Shown: piece by piece, positions 20,427-32,800 of the stretch
Numbering within the stretch: position 1 is the stretch's first letter
Layout of the letters: every line of letters starts with the position of its first letter
The notes under the pieces: generated by a model
Database searches by the model: none
What the model saw: the letters and a program-made list of their open reading frames with translations, nothing else
Told to the model about the DNA's origin: nothing
Source of the DNA: Eledone cirrhosa
Lineage: Eukaryota
Direction: 5' to 3'
Assembly (NCBI GenBank): GCA_964016885.1
Contig: OZ024752.1
Location: 7,626,001 to 7,690,000 of the forward strand
Length of the DNA stretch: 64,000 nt
Position numbers and translations under genes: made by a program

Positions 20427-20532
20427 CTGGTGAACCTGGTGTAACTCTGGCAATCTCTCTGCTGTTGTCCAATATACAATGTCTTAGAATTGAACTGTCG
20501 ATGTCTGTTGTTGTAGAAAGATGGCAGAGGAC
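20427..20532 (-). CDS. Candidate isolated 106-nt exon of an unidentified gene
   Basis: tgtctgcttcatag|GTCCTCTGCC...GTTCACCAG|gtaaca. Higher-complexity island with two open frames; no recognisable family. Confidence 0.3.
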
Positions 20533-21019
20533 CTATGAAGCAGACAACACTTTCAAAACAGTTGGCTTTTTAATTACTTTAATGATCTTCACAATGTTTA
20601 ACACAGAATAAAATGTTTATCAACAGTGACATAACGATCAGTCATTATCTTAATGTTGTTTAATTATATTTTAAAAAATATTTCTATTGGTAAGTCAGAG
20701 CAGATAGAGAATTTAAATAGGAAACATTACATTTTAACAGTTTAGAACAGTGAAAATAACATTTACATACACATATATATATTTATTTTTGCATATATGA
20801 ATATATATACACACACACACATATATATAATATACACACACATTATATATATATATATATATACACAGATATATATATGTGTGTATATCATATATATATA
20901 TATATGAGATGTGAGACAAACCACAACAGAAACACAAACCCTTCATCTCAATTTTACTTTCGTTAATCATAAGACTTGTGAAACTGGTAAAGTAAATAAG
21001 TATTCTTTCAATTTCTTTT

Positions 21020-21072
<53 letters not shown>

Positions 21073-21087
21073 TATATTTATATATTA

Positions 21088-21195
21088 ATCATCATTCTTT
21101 AACATCCATCTTCCATGCTAGCATGGGTTAGACAAGTTGTCCCATTGTTGAGACAGATCAAGTGACTGTATCTTGCTCATACAGAACTGTTTCTG
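21088..21195 (-). mobile_element. Diverged RTE/SINE 3'-tail fragment
   Basis: atcatcattctttaacatccatcttccatgctagcatgggttagac...tcttgctcatacagaactg aligns loosely to 3862-3980. Confidence 0.6.
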
Positions 21196-21346
21196 TACAC
21201 TTTCTATATGTCTATCTGTTAGTCTTCTATAGTACATAGAATATATGTCACTCTATGCGGGATGATATACACACAGATACATGTGGAGGGGGAATATCTG
21301 TGTATATCTTTCTATCTGGTTCTCTCCATCTCTATTTAATTATTAA

Positions 21347-24300
21347 GGCCACTTACTACAATGGTGCCATACCAGGTACTAAGGCAGTTACTATGATGCC
21401 TGGTATGGTACTGTTGTATAACTGGTATGGCACCGTTGTAGTAACTGGTATGGTACTGTTGTATAACTGGTATGGTACTGTTGTATAACTGGTATGGCAC
21501 CGTTGTAGTAACTGGTATGGCACCGTTGTAGTAACTGGTAAGGTACTGTTGTATAACTAGTATGGTACTGTTGTATAACTGGTATGGTACTGTTGTATAA
21601 CTGGTATGGTACTGTTGTATAACTGGTATGGCACCGTTGTAGTAACTGGTAAGGTACTGTTGTATAACTGGTATGGCACCGTTGTATAACTGGTATGGTA
21701 CTGTTGTATAACTGGTATGGTACTGTTGTATAACTAGTATGGTACTGTTGTATAACTGGTATGGCACCGTTGTATAACTGGTAAGGTACTGTTGTATAAC
21801 TGGTATGGTACTGTTGTATAACTGGTATGGCACCGTTGTATAACTGGTAAGGTACTGTTGTATAACTGGTATGGTACTGTTGTATAACTGGTAAGGTACT
21901 GTTGTATAACTGGTATGGCACCGTTGTATAACTGGTAAGGTACTGTTGTATAACTGGTATGGTACTGTTGTATAACTGGTATGGTACTGTTGTATAACTG
22001 GTATGGTACTGTTGTATAACTGGTATGGCACCGTTGTATAACTGGTATGGTACTGTTGTATAACTGGTATGGTACTGTTGTATAACTAGTATGGTACTGT
22101 TGTATAACTGGTATGGTACTGTTGTATAACTGGTATAGTACTGTTGTATAACTAGTATGGTACTGTTGTATAACTGGTATGGTACTGTTGTATAACTGGT
22201 ATGGTACTGTTGTATAACTGGTATGGCACCGTTGTATAACTGGTAAGGTACTGTTGTATAACTGGTATGGTACTGTTGTATAACTGGTATGGTACTGTTG
22301 TATAACTGGTATGGCACCGTTGTATAACTGGTAAGGTACTGTTGTATAACTGGTATGGTACTGTTGTATAACTGGTATGGCACCGTTGTATAACTGGTAA
22401 GGTACTGTTGTATAACTGGTATGGTACTGTTGTATAACTGGTATGGCACCGTTGTATAACTGGTAAGGTACTGTTGTATAACTGGTATGGTACTGTTGTA
22501 TAACTGGTAAGGTACTGTTGTATAACTGGTATGGCACCGTTGTATAACTGGTAAGGTACTGTTGTATAACTGGTATGGTACTGTTGTATAACTGGTATGG
22601 TACTGTTGTATAACTGGTATGGCACCGTTGTATAACTAGTAAGGTACTGTTGTATAACTGGTATGGTACTGTTGTATAACTGGTAAGGTACTGTTGTATA
22701 ACTGGTATGGTACTGTTGTATAACTGGTATGGTACTGTTGTATAACTGGTATGGCACCGTTGTATAACTAGTAAGGTACTGTTGTATAACTGGTATGGTA
22801 CTGTTGTATAACTGGTATGGTACTGTTGTATAACTGGTATAGTACTGTTGTATAACTGGTATGGCACCGTTGTATAACTGGTATGGTACTGTTGTATAAC
22901 TGGTATGGTACTGTTGTATAACTGGTATGGCACCGTTGTATAACTGGTATGGTACTGTTGTATAACTGGTATGGCACCGTTGTATAACTGGTATGGTACT
23001 GTTGTATAACTGGTATGGTACTGTTGTATAACTGGTATGGTACTGTTGTATAACTGGTATAGTACTGTTGTATAACTGGTATGGTACTGTTGTATAACTG
23101 GTATGGTACTGTTGTATAACTGGTATGGTACTGTTGTATAACTGGTATGGTACTGTTGTATAACTGGTATGGCACCGTTGTATAACTGGTATGGTACTGT
23201 TGTATAACTGGTATGGCACCGTTGTAGTAACTGGTATGGTACTGTTGTATAACTGGTATGGTACTGTTGTATAACTGGTATGGCACCGTTGTATAACTGG
23301 TATGGCACCGTTGTATAACTGGTATAGTACTGTTGTATAACTGGTATGGTACTGTTGTATAACTGGTATGGTACTGTTGTATAACTGGTATGGTACTGTT
23401 GTATAACTGGTATGGCACCGTTGTATAACTGGTATGGCACCGTTGTAGTAACTGGTATGGTACTGTTGTATAACTGGTATGGTACTGTTGTATAACTGGT
23501 ATGGTACTGTTGTATAACTAGTATGGCACCGTTGTATAACTGGTATAGTACTGTTGTATAACTGGTATGGTACTGTTGTATAACTGGTATGGTACTGTTG
23601 TATAACTGGTATGGTACTGTTGTATAACTGGTATGGTACTGTTGTATAACTGGTATGGTACTGTTGTATAACTGGTATGGCACCGTTGTATAACTGGTAT
23701 AGTACTGTTGTATAACTGGTATGGTACTGTTGTATAACTAGTATGGCACCATTGTATAACTGGTATGGCACCGTTGTATAACTGGTATAGTACTGTTGTA
23801 TAACTGGTAAGGTACTGTTGAATAACTGGTATGGCACTGTTGTATAACTGGTAAGGTACTGTTGTATAACTGGTATAGTACTGTTGTATAACTGGTATGG
23901 TACTGTTGTATAACTGGTATGGCACCGTTGTATAACTGGTATGGTACTGTTGTATAACTGGTATGGTACTGTTGTATAACTGGTATGGTACTGTTGTATA
24001 ACTGGTATGGCACTGTTGTATAACTGGTAAGGTACTGTTGTATAACTGGTATAGTACTGTTGTATAACTGGTAAGGTACTGTTGAATAACTGGTATGGCA
24101 CTGTTGTATAACTGGTAAGGTACTGTTGTATAACTGGTATAGTACTGTTGTATAACTGGTATGGTACTGTTGTATAACTAGTATGGTACTGTTGTATAAC
24201 TGGTATGGCACCGTTGTATAACTGGTATAGTACTGTTGTATAACTGGTATGGTACTGTTGTATAACTGGTATGGCACCGTTGTATAACTGGTATAGTACT

Positions 24301-26243
24301 GTTGTATAACTGGTATGGTACTGTTGTATAACTGGTATGGTACTGTTGTATAACTAGTATGGTACTGTTGTATAACTGGTATGGCACCGTTGTATAACTG
24401 GTATAGTACTGTTGTATAACTGGTATGGTACTGTTGTATAACTGGTATGGTACTGTTGTATAACTGGTATGGCACCGTTGTAGTAACTGGTATGGTACTG
24501 TTGTATAACTGGTATGGTACCGTTGTAGTAACTGGTATGGTACTGTTGTATAACTGGTATGGCACCGTTGTAGTAACTGGTATAGTACCGTTGTATAACT
24601 GGTATGGTACTGTTGTATAACTGGTATGGCACCGTTGTAGTAACTGGTATGGTACTGTTGTATAACTGGTATGGTACTGTTGTATAACTGGTATGGTACT
24701 GTTGTATAACTGGTATGGTACTGTTGTATAACTGGTATGGCACCGTTGTAGTAACTGGTATGGTACTGTTGTATAACTAGTATGGTACTGTTGTATAACT
24801 GGTATGGTACTGTTGTAGTAACTGGTATGGTACTGTTGTATAACTAGTATGGTAGTTGTATAACTAGTATGGTACTGTTGTATAACTGGTATGGCACCGT
24901 TGTAGTAACTGGTATGGTACTGTTGTATAACTGGTATGGTACTGTTGTATAACTGGTATGGTACTGTTGTATAACTAGTATGGTACTGTTGTATAACTAG
25001 TATGGTACTGTTGTATAACTGGTATGGCACCGTTGTAGTAACTGGTATGGTACTGTTGTATAACTGGTATGGTACTGTTGTAGTAACTGGTATGGTACTG
25101 TTGTATAACTGGTATGGTACTGTTGTATAACTAGTATGGTACTGTTGTATAACTGGTATGGCACCGTTGTAGTAACTGGTATGGTACTGTTGTATAACTG
25201 GTATGGTACTGTTGTATAACTGGTATGGTACTGTTGTAGTAACTGGTATGGTACTGTTGTATAACTGGTATGGTACTGTTGTATAACTAGTATGGTACTG
25301 TTGTATAACTGGTATGTTACTGTTGTATAACTGGTATGGTACTGTTGTATAACTGGTATGGTACTGTTGTATAACTGGTATGGTACTGTTGTATAACTAG
25401 TATGGTACTGTTGTATAACTAGTATGGTACTGTTGTATAACTAGTATGGTACTGTTGTATAACTGGTATGGTACTGTTGTATAACTAGTATGGTACTGTT
25501 GTATAACTAGTATGGTACTGTTGTATAACTGGTATGGCACCGTTGTAGTAACTGGTATGGTACTGTTGTAGTAACTGGTATGGTACTGTTGTATAACTGG
25601 TATGGTACTGTTGTATAACTGGTATGGTACTGTTGTATAACTAGTATGGTACTGTTGTATAACTAGTATGGTACTGTTGTATAACTAGTATGGTACTGTT
25701 GTATAACTGGTATGGCACCGTTGTAGTAACTGGTATGGTACTGTTGTATAACTGGTATGGTACTGTTGTATAACTGGTAAGGTACTGTTGTATAACTAGT
25801 ATGGTACTGTTGTATAACTGGTATGGCACCGTTGTAGTAACTGGTATGGTACTGTTGTATAACTGGTAAGGTACTGTTGTATAACTAGTATGGTACTGTT
25901 GTATAACTGGTATGGCACCGTTGTAGTAACTGGTATGGTACTGTTGTATAACTGGTATGGTACTGTTGTATAACTGGTAAGGTACTGTTGTATAACTGGT
26001 AAGGTACTGTTGTATAACTGGTATAGTACTGTTGTATAACTGGTATAGTACTGTTGTATAACTGGTAAGGTACTGTTGTATAACTGGTATAGTACTGTTG
26101 TATAACGGGTATGGCACCGTTGTATAACTGGTATAGTACTGTTGTATAACTGGTATAGTACTGTTGTATAACTGGTAAGGTACTGTTGTATAACTAGTAT
26201 GGTACTGTTGTATAACTGGTATGGTACTGTTGTATAACTGGCC
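21347..26243. mobile_element. Non-autonomous TIR element (MITE/foldback-like) flanked by TTAA, with an internally expanded minisatellite
   Basis: Left end: ttaa|GGCCACTTACTACAATGGTGCCATACCAG. Right end reverse-complemented: ttaa|GGCCAGTTA-TACAACAGTACCATACCAG. TTAA at 21343-21346 and 26244-26247. Confidence 0.7.
21400..26240. repeat. 22-bp minisatellite (ctggtatggtactgttgtataa, with 23-bp ...gcaccgttgtagtaa variants), ~220 units
   Basis: Directly visible tandem periodicity with a few shuffled variants (gtact/gcacc, tatgg/taagg/tatag, ctgg/ctag). Confidence 0.98.
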
Positions 26244-26421
26244 TTAATAATTATACTCAAACTTGCCCTACAGACTTGAGTTGCTCTATATCTTGGATAT
26301 TTGTACCTAGCTATGACTACGACTATACATATATATATAAAGGACTCCTTTCTGATGATCTGTACTTTTTTGTACTGTTGACCATGTTATTCTTCACTCT
26401 TTCACTACTATATATATACTG

Positions 26422-26467
<46 letters not shown>

Positions 26468-26468
<1 letters not shown>

Positions 26469-26741
26469 TGCTAGTGCCAGTAAAAGGTACCCTATTAGGT
26501 GGTAACACTTGTGCCATAACAAAAGACACCCAGTCCACTCTGTAAAGAGATAGTGCTGGAGCCACAAAAACGTGTGTTAAGTACACACAAGTTGTTGGCA
26601 TTAGGAAAGATATCCAATTGTAAAAGCCAAACCAGAAATGGGGCAACATGAGGAAGACACGGTCACCTGACCAGTCCAGCTTCAGTACATTACAGCCCAC
26701 CTAACCCATTCAAGCTTAGAAAACAGATGTTAAATGATGAT
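26468..26741 (+). mobile_element. Diverged SINE/RTE-tail element just downstream of the DMC1 stop codon (antisense to DMC1)
   Basis: Contains gttggcattaggaaagatatccaattgtaaaa and aacccattcaagcttagaaaacagatgttaaatgatga, homologous to the RTE 3' UTR blocks ttggtgttaggaagggcatccaactgtagaaa and aacccatgcaagcgtggaacacggacgttaaacgttgatga. Bounded by (TG)n. Confidence 0.6.
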
Positions 26742-26821
26742 ATATATGTGTGTGTGTGTGTGTGTGTTTCAAGCGAACAACAGCTCCAGTTGTGCCTCAT
26801 TCATCAACATTCCAATATTTC

Positions 26822-26891
26822 CTATTCCTTTGCATCACTAATTCCTCCCTGAGTGATGGCAAATGTTGCTTCACTTTCTGGTAGGTCTGGG
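26822..26891 (-). CDS. DMC1: DMC1 terminal coding exon (70 nt including stop): (S)PDLPESEATFAITQGGISDAKE*
   Basis: tttcgtctctttgcag|CCCAGACCTACCAGAA...GCAAAGGAATAG. Matches the DMC1 C-terminus SPxxPExEATFAITxGGIxDAKE. The TAG stop is at 26822-26824. Confidence 0.95.
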
Positions 26892-27149
26892 CTGCAAAGA
26901 GACGAAAATACAACTAGATTACTTTCAAATAAACATATCTTTTACTGCTCAGAAATGATGTCATAAAACTGTCAATATTTTCCTTTGTCAGAAGAGAAAG
27001 ATAGTACATTGGTACTTTTGAAGGTCTCCCAAAATATGATTGGACATTTCTTCAAATTGGAGACCTGATCTAAATACTTGCAACAGAGTGAACTCTGCTA
27101 GATATGTGGTCCAACAACCCAGTGGTGGTATTCAACTGGGAGATAGATT

Positions 27150-28388
27150 AAGGACCAGGTGATATATTAAGTCTACCAACCAAGGACCAGGTGATGGATG
27201 ATTAAATCTACCAAGGACCAGGTGATATATTAAGTCTACCAACCAAGGACCAGGTGATATATTAAGTCTACCAAGGACCAGGTAATATATTAAGTCTACC
27301 AAGGACCAGGTGATATATTAAATCTACCAAGGACCAGGTGATATATTAAGTCTATCAAGGACCAGGTGATATATTAAGTCTACCAAGGACCAGGTGATAT
27401 ATTAAGTCTACCAACCAAGGACCAGGTGATATATTAAGTCTACCAACCAAGGACCTGGTAATATATTAAGTCTACCAAGGACCAGGTAATATATTAAGTC
27501 TACCAAGGACCAGGTGATATATTAAATCTACCAAGGACCAGGTGATATATTAAGTCTATCAAGGACCAGGTAATATATTAAGTCTACCAAGGACCAGGTG
27601 ATATATTAAGTCTACCAACCAAGGACCAGGTGATATATTAAGTCTACCAACCAAGGACCAGGTGATATATTAAGTCTACCAAGGACCAGGTGATATATTA
27701 AGTCTACCAACCAAGGACCAGGTGATATATTAAGTCTATCAAGGACCAGGTAATATATTAAGTCTACCAAGGACCAGGTGATATATTAAGTCTACCAAGG
27801 ACCAGGTGATATATTAAGTCTACCAACCAAGGACCAGGTGATATATTAAGTCTATCAAGGACCAGGTAATATATTAAGTCTACCAAGGACCAGGTGATAT
27901 ATTAAGTCTACCAACCAAGGACCAGGTAATATATTAAGTCTACCAACCAAGGACCAGGTGATATATTAAGTCTACCAAGGACCAGGTGATATATTAAGTC
28001 TACCAACCAAGGACCAGGTGATATATTAAGTCTACCAACCAAAGACCAGGTGATATATTAAGTCTATCAAGGACCAGGTGATATATTAAGTCTACCAACC
28101 AAGGACCAGGTGATATATTAAGTCTACCAAGGACCAGGTGATATATTAAGTCTACCAACCAAGGACCAGGTGATATATTAAGTCTATCAAGGACCAGGTG
28201 ATATATTAAGTCTACCAACCAAGGACCAGGTGATATATTAAGTCTACCAACCAAGGACCAGGTGATATATTAAGTCTACCAACCAAGGACCAGGTAATAT
28301 ATTAAGTCTACCAAGGACCAGGTGATATATTAAGTCTATCAAGGACCAGGTAATATATTAAGTCTACCAAGGACCAGGTGATATATTA
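27150..28388. repeat. 28/32-bp minisatellite (aaggaccaggtgatatattaagtctacc[aacc]), ~41 units, in the last DMC1 intron
   Basis: Directly visible tandem repeat between the exons at 26891 and 28567. Confidence 0.97.
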
Positions 28389-28566
28389 TTATAATAATAA
28401 AAAGGACAATTTGTTATGTCTTTATTACATTTATTGAGTTGTGACGTGTGTTTCGCTATTGATCAGCTCAAGGTTCGATCTATATTGATCTAGCCCAACT
28501 CTGGAATAAACTTGATATATGGGAGGTGGATTTGATGGATATTGAAGTTTATAAAACAAGAAATAC

Positions 28567-28683
28567 CTGTCATATATCTTGGCAATCCTTGTATCTCCTC
28601 TTCCTTTACGGAGATAAACTCTAATGGTTGAGGCATGGGCCAGAATATGTCCGCCAATTGGTTTCTTGGGGTCACCTTGAAAC
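28567..28683 (-). CDS. DMC1: DMC1 internal coding exon (117 nt): [38 protein letters not shown](S)
   Basis: ttctccatttag|GTTTCAAGGTGACCCC...TATATGACAG|gtattt. [15 protein letters not shown] and RIAKIYDS are DMC1-type (RAD51: GGNIIAHAS, RICKIYDS). The ORF track shows this segment only in the wrong frame. Confidence 0.96.
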
Positions 28684-28869
28684 CTAAATGGAGAACAAAT
28701 ATATTGAACATTCCATAATAATTTACATAATAAACACCTTATATAAAGATGTAGAAGTCACACAACATTTAACATATAACAACAACATTCTTAATTTTGA
28801 TACCCAGCTCTGTTAAAGACACCCAACAATATACCCCAGACACCCCACAATATACCCTCAGTTACTTAC

Positions 28870-28930
28870 ATCATGTTTGCCCCAGGATCAGCTGTCATCT
28901 GGTTAGTAATAAACATAGCAACATTATATT
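28870..28930 (-). CDS. DMC1: DMC1 internal coding exon (61 nt): (E)YNVAMFITNQMTADPGANM(M)
   Basis: tttctctccaccag|AATATAATGTTGCT...GCAAACATGAT|gtaagt. Matches the DMC1 EYNVAVFVTNQMTADPGA motif. Phases 1/2 fit both neighbours. Confidence 0.95.
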
Positions 28931-29164
28931 CTGGTGGAGAGAAACATGGAATATATTAGACTTTCTGCTGAGAATATATCATTTAGATTTGAAATAAACC
29001 CCAAAATGTATATAAAATTAACTGATCTACATTTCTTGTATTGAGTATTTTAATTTATGACTAGTTAAATTAATCCTAGGATTAAGCTAACCTATGAGAT
29101 ACCCGTGGTTATATAACTCTGACCTCTTTCACAGTTTTTCATACAAACACCTTAACTTATTAGA

Positions 29165-29333
29165 GAAGCCACTCAACGATGAAGCAGGTTGTACTGGGTT
29201 ACATGGTACCAGTAACAGACTGGGGTACATGGTACCTGTAGCAGACAGAAGCCACTCAACCATGAAGCAGTTATATCAGGTTACATGGTACCAGTAACAT
29301 ACTGGGGCACATGGTACCCGTAGCAGACAGAAG
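29165..29333. repeat. Two-copy ~83-bp imperfect tandem duplication in a DMC1 intron
   Basis: gaagccactcaac(g/c)atgaagcag...catggtaccagtaaca...catggtacc(t/c)gtagcagacagaag occurs twice. Confidence 0.85.
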
Positions 29334-29689
29334 TCTGACCTGACATTACTTTTCTATTTATCTCTATATAAATATTGTTAAATATATATAAACCCTAAGT
29401 TTAAACTTGATTGTAGGGTCCACATGTATAAACCCTTAACATCTTAGAATGATTTAGCAGGAAATATCTAAAACTGGGGGTTTCTAGATTTCAATGTTTA
29501 GAATATTCTGTGATGCAGTCATAGTGCTGTTTATTGTGGTACAGGACATTAAAAATTAAACATCGACATTTTTACTTTCTTTAACGTAGGACGTAATAAA
29601 TGAAATAACGGTCTTACTAGTTTTTTAATTAGTAACATTTTGTTTCAATCAAAATATATGGAATTACAGAATATTTAGATAAGATTTAC

Positions 29690-29804
29690 CTTCTGCTATT
29701 TTTTGAAGTCGAGATAAAAGTTGACCAAGTTTCTGTTGTCTGTCAGCCAGTTCTCCCCTTCCACAGAAATCAACACGGAATAACGCCATGACAGAATCAA
29801 CAAC
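29690..29804 (-). CDS. DMC1: DMC1 internal coding exon (115 nt) carrying the Walker-B aspartate: [38 protein letters not shown]
   Basis: Minus strand reads ...ctcttacttcag|GTTGTTGATTCTGTCATGGCG...ATAGCAGAAG|gtaaat. The peptide matches the DMC1-type motif [24 protein letters not shown] (RAD51 has YRTDYSGRGELSARQMHL). It starts in phase 0 and ends in phase 1, compatible with the next exon. Confidence 0.95.
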
Positions 29805-32800
29805 CTGAAGTAAGAGACAGTAATACAGGGAATAACGCCATGACAGAGACAACAACCTGAAGTAAGAGACAGTAATACAGGGAATAATGTCATGACAGAG
29901 ACAACAACCTGAAGTAAGAGACAGTAATACAGGGAATAATGTCATGACAGAGACAACAACCTGAAGTAAGAGACAGTAATACAGGGAATAATGTCATGAC
30001 AGAGACAACAACCTGAAGTAAGAGACAGTAATACAGGGAATAATGTCATGACAGAGACAACAACCTGAAGTAAGAGACAGTAATACAGGGAATAACGCCA
30101 TGACAGAGACAACAACCTGAAGTAAGAGACAGTAATACAGGGAATAATGTCATGACAGAGACAACAACCTGAAGTAAGAGACAGTAATACAGGGAATAAT
30201 GTCATGACAGAGACAACAACCTGAAGTAAGAGACAGTAATACAGGGAATAACGCCATGACAGAGACAACAACCTGAAGTAAGAGACAGTAATACAGGGAA
30301 TAATGTCATGACAGAGACAACAACCTGAAGTAAGAGACAGTAATACAGGGAATAATGTCATGACAGAGACAACAACCTGAAGTAAGAGACAGTAATACAG
30401 GGAATAATGCCATGACAGAGACAATAACCTGAAGTAAGAGACAGTAATACAGGGAATAATGTCATGACAGAGACAACAACCTGAAGTAAGAGACAGTAAT
30501 ACAGGGAATAATGTCATGACAGAGACAACAACCTGAAGTAAGAGACAGTAATACAGGGAATAATGTCATGACAGAGACAACAACCTGAAGTAAGAGACAG
30601 TAATACAGGGAATAACGCCATGACAGAGACAACAACCTGAAGTAAGAGACAGTAATACAGGGAATAATGTCATGACAGAGACAACAACCTGAAGTAAGAG
30701 ACAGTAATACAGGGAATAATGTCATGACAGAGACAACAACCTGAAGTAAGAGACAGTAATACAGGGAATAATGCCATGACAGAGACAACAACCTGCAGTA
30801 AGAGACAGTAATACAGGGAATAACGCCATGACAGAGACAACAACCTGAAGTAAGAGACAGTAATACAGGGAATAACGCCATGACAGACAATAACCTGAAG
30901 TAAGAGACAGTAATACAGGGAATAACGCCATGACAGAGACAACAACCTGAAGTAAGAGACAGTAATACAGGGAATAACGCCATGACAGAGACAACAACCT
31001 GAAGTAAGAGACAGTAATACAGGGAATAACGCCATGACAGAGACAATAACCTGAAGTAAGAGACAGTAATACAGGGAATAACGCCATGACAGAGACAATA
31101 ACCTGAAGTAAGAGACAGTAATACAGGGAATAATGTCATGACAGAGACAACAACCTGAAGTAAGAGACAGTAATACAGGGAATAATGTCATGACAGAGAC
31201 AACAACCTGAAGTAAGAGACAGTAATACAGGGAATAATGCCATGACAGAGACAACAACCTGCAGTAAGAGACAGTAATACAGGGAATAACGCCATGACAG
31301 AGACAACAACCTGAAGTAAGAGACAGTAATACAGGGAATAACGCCATGACAGACAATAACCTGAAGTAAGAGACAGTAATACAGGGAATAACGCCATGAC
31401 AGAGACAACAACCTGAAGTAAGAGACAGTAATACAGGGAATAACGCCATGACAGAGACAACAACCTGAAGTAAGAGACAGTAATACAGGGAATAACGCCA
31501 TGACAGAGACAATAACCTGAAGTAAGAGACAGTAATACAGGGAATAACGCCATGACAGAGACAATAACCTGAAGTAAGAGACAGTAATACAGGGAATAAT
31601 GTCATGACAGAGACAACAACCTGAAGTAAGAGACAGTAATACAGGGAATAATGTCATGACAGAGACAACAACCTGAAGTAAGAGACAGTAATACAGGGAA
31701 TAATGTCATGACAGAGACAACAACCTGAAGTAAGAGACAGTAATACAGGGAATAATGTCATGACAGAGACAACAACCTGAAGTAAGAGACAGTAATACAG
31801 GGAATAACGCCATGACAGAGACAACAACCTGAAGTAAGAGACAGTAATACAGGGAATAATGTCATGACAGAGACAACAACCTGAAGTAAGAGACAGTAAT
31901 ACAGGGAATAATGTCATGACAGAGACAACAACCTGAAGTAAGAGACAGTAATACAGGGAATAATGTCATGACAGAGACAATAACCTGAAGTAAGAGACAG
32001 TAATACAGGGAATAACGCCATGACAGAGACAATAACCTGAAGTAAGAGACAGTAATACAGGGAATAATGTCATGACAGAGACAACAACCTGAAGTAAGAG
32101 ACAGTAATACAGGGAATAATGTCATGACAGAGACAACAACCTGAAGTAAGAGACAGTAATACAGGGAATAATGTCATGACAGAGACAACAACCTGAAGTA
32201 AGAGACAGTAATACAGGGAATAATGTCATGACAGAGACAACAACCTGAAGTAAGAGACAGTAATACAGGGAATAACGCCATGACAGAGACAACAACCTGA
32301 AGTAAGAGACAGTAATACAGGGAATAATGTCATGACAGAGACAACAACCTGAAGTAAGAGACAGTAATACAGGGAATAATGTCATGACAGAGACAACAAC
32401 CTGAAGTAAGAGACAGTAATACAGGGAATAATGTCATGACAGAGACAACAACCTGAAGTAAGAGACAGTAATACAGGGAATAATGCCATGACAGAGACAA
32501 CAACCTGAAGTAAGAGACAGTAATACAGGGAATAACGCCATGACAGAGACAACAACCTGAAGTAAGAGACAGTAATACAGGGAATAATGTCATGACAGAG
32601 ACAACAACCTGAAGTAAGAGACAGTAATACAGGGAATAATGTCATGACAGAGACAACAACCTGAAGTAAGAGACAGTAATACAGGGAATAATGTCATGAC
32701 AGAGACAACAACCTGAAGTAAGAGACAGTAATACAGGGAATAATGTCATGACAGAGACAACAACCTGAAGTAAGAGACAGTAATACAGGGAATAATGCCA

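Noticed and set aside
21336-26260. MPYQLYNSTIPVIQQYHTSYTTV repeat ORFs
   Set aside because: Translation of the 22-bp minisatellite.
26980-27140. Possible extra exon in the last DMC1 intron
   Set aside because: Frames following candidate acceptors on either strand hit stops, and DMC1 is complete without it.
28490-28711. 73-aa [21 protein letters not shown]...
   Set aside because: It is an alternative frame overlapping the true DMC1 exon 28567-28683.
26822-29804. RAD51 rather than DMC1
   Set aside because: Diagnostic residues ([45 protein letters not shown]) are all DMC1-type.
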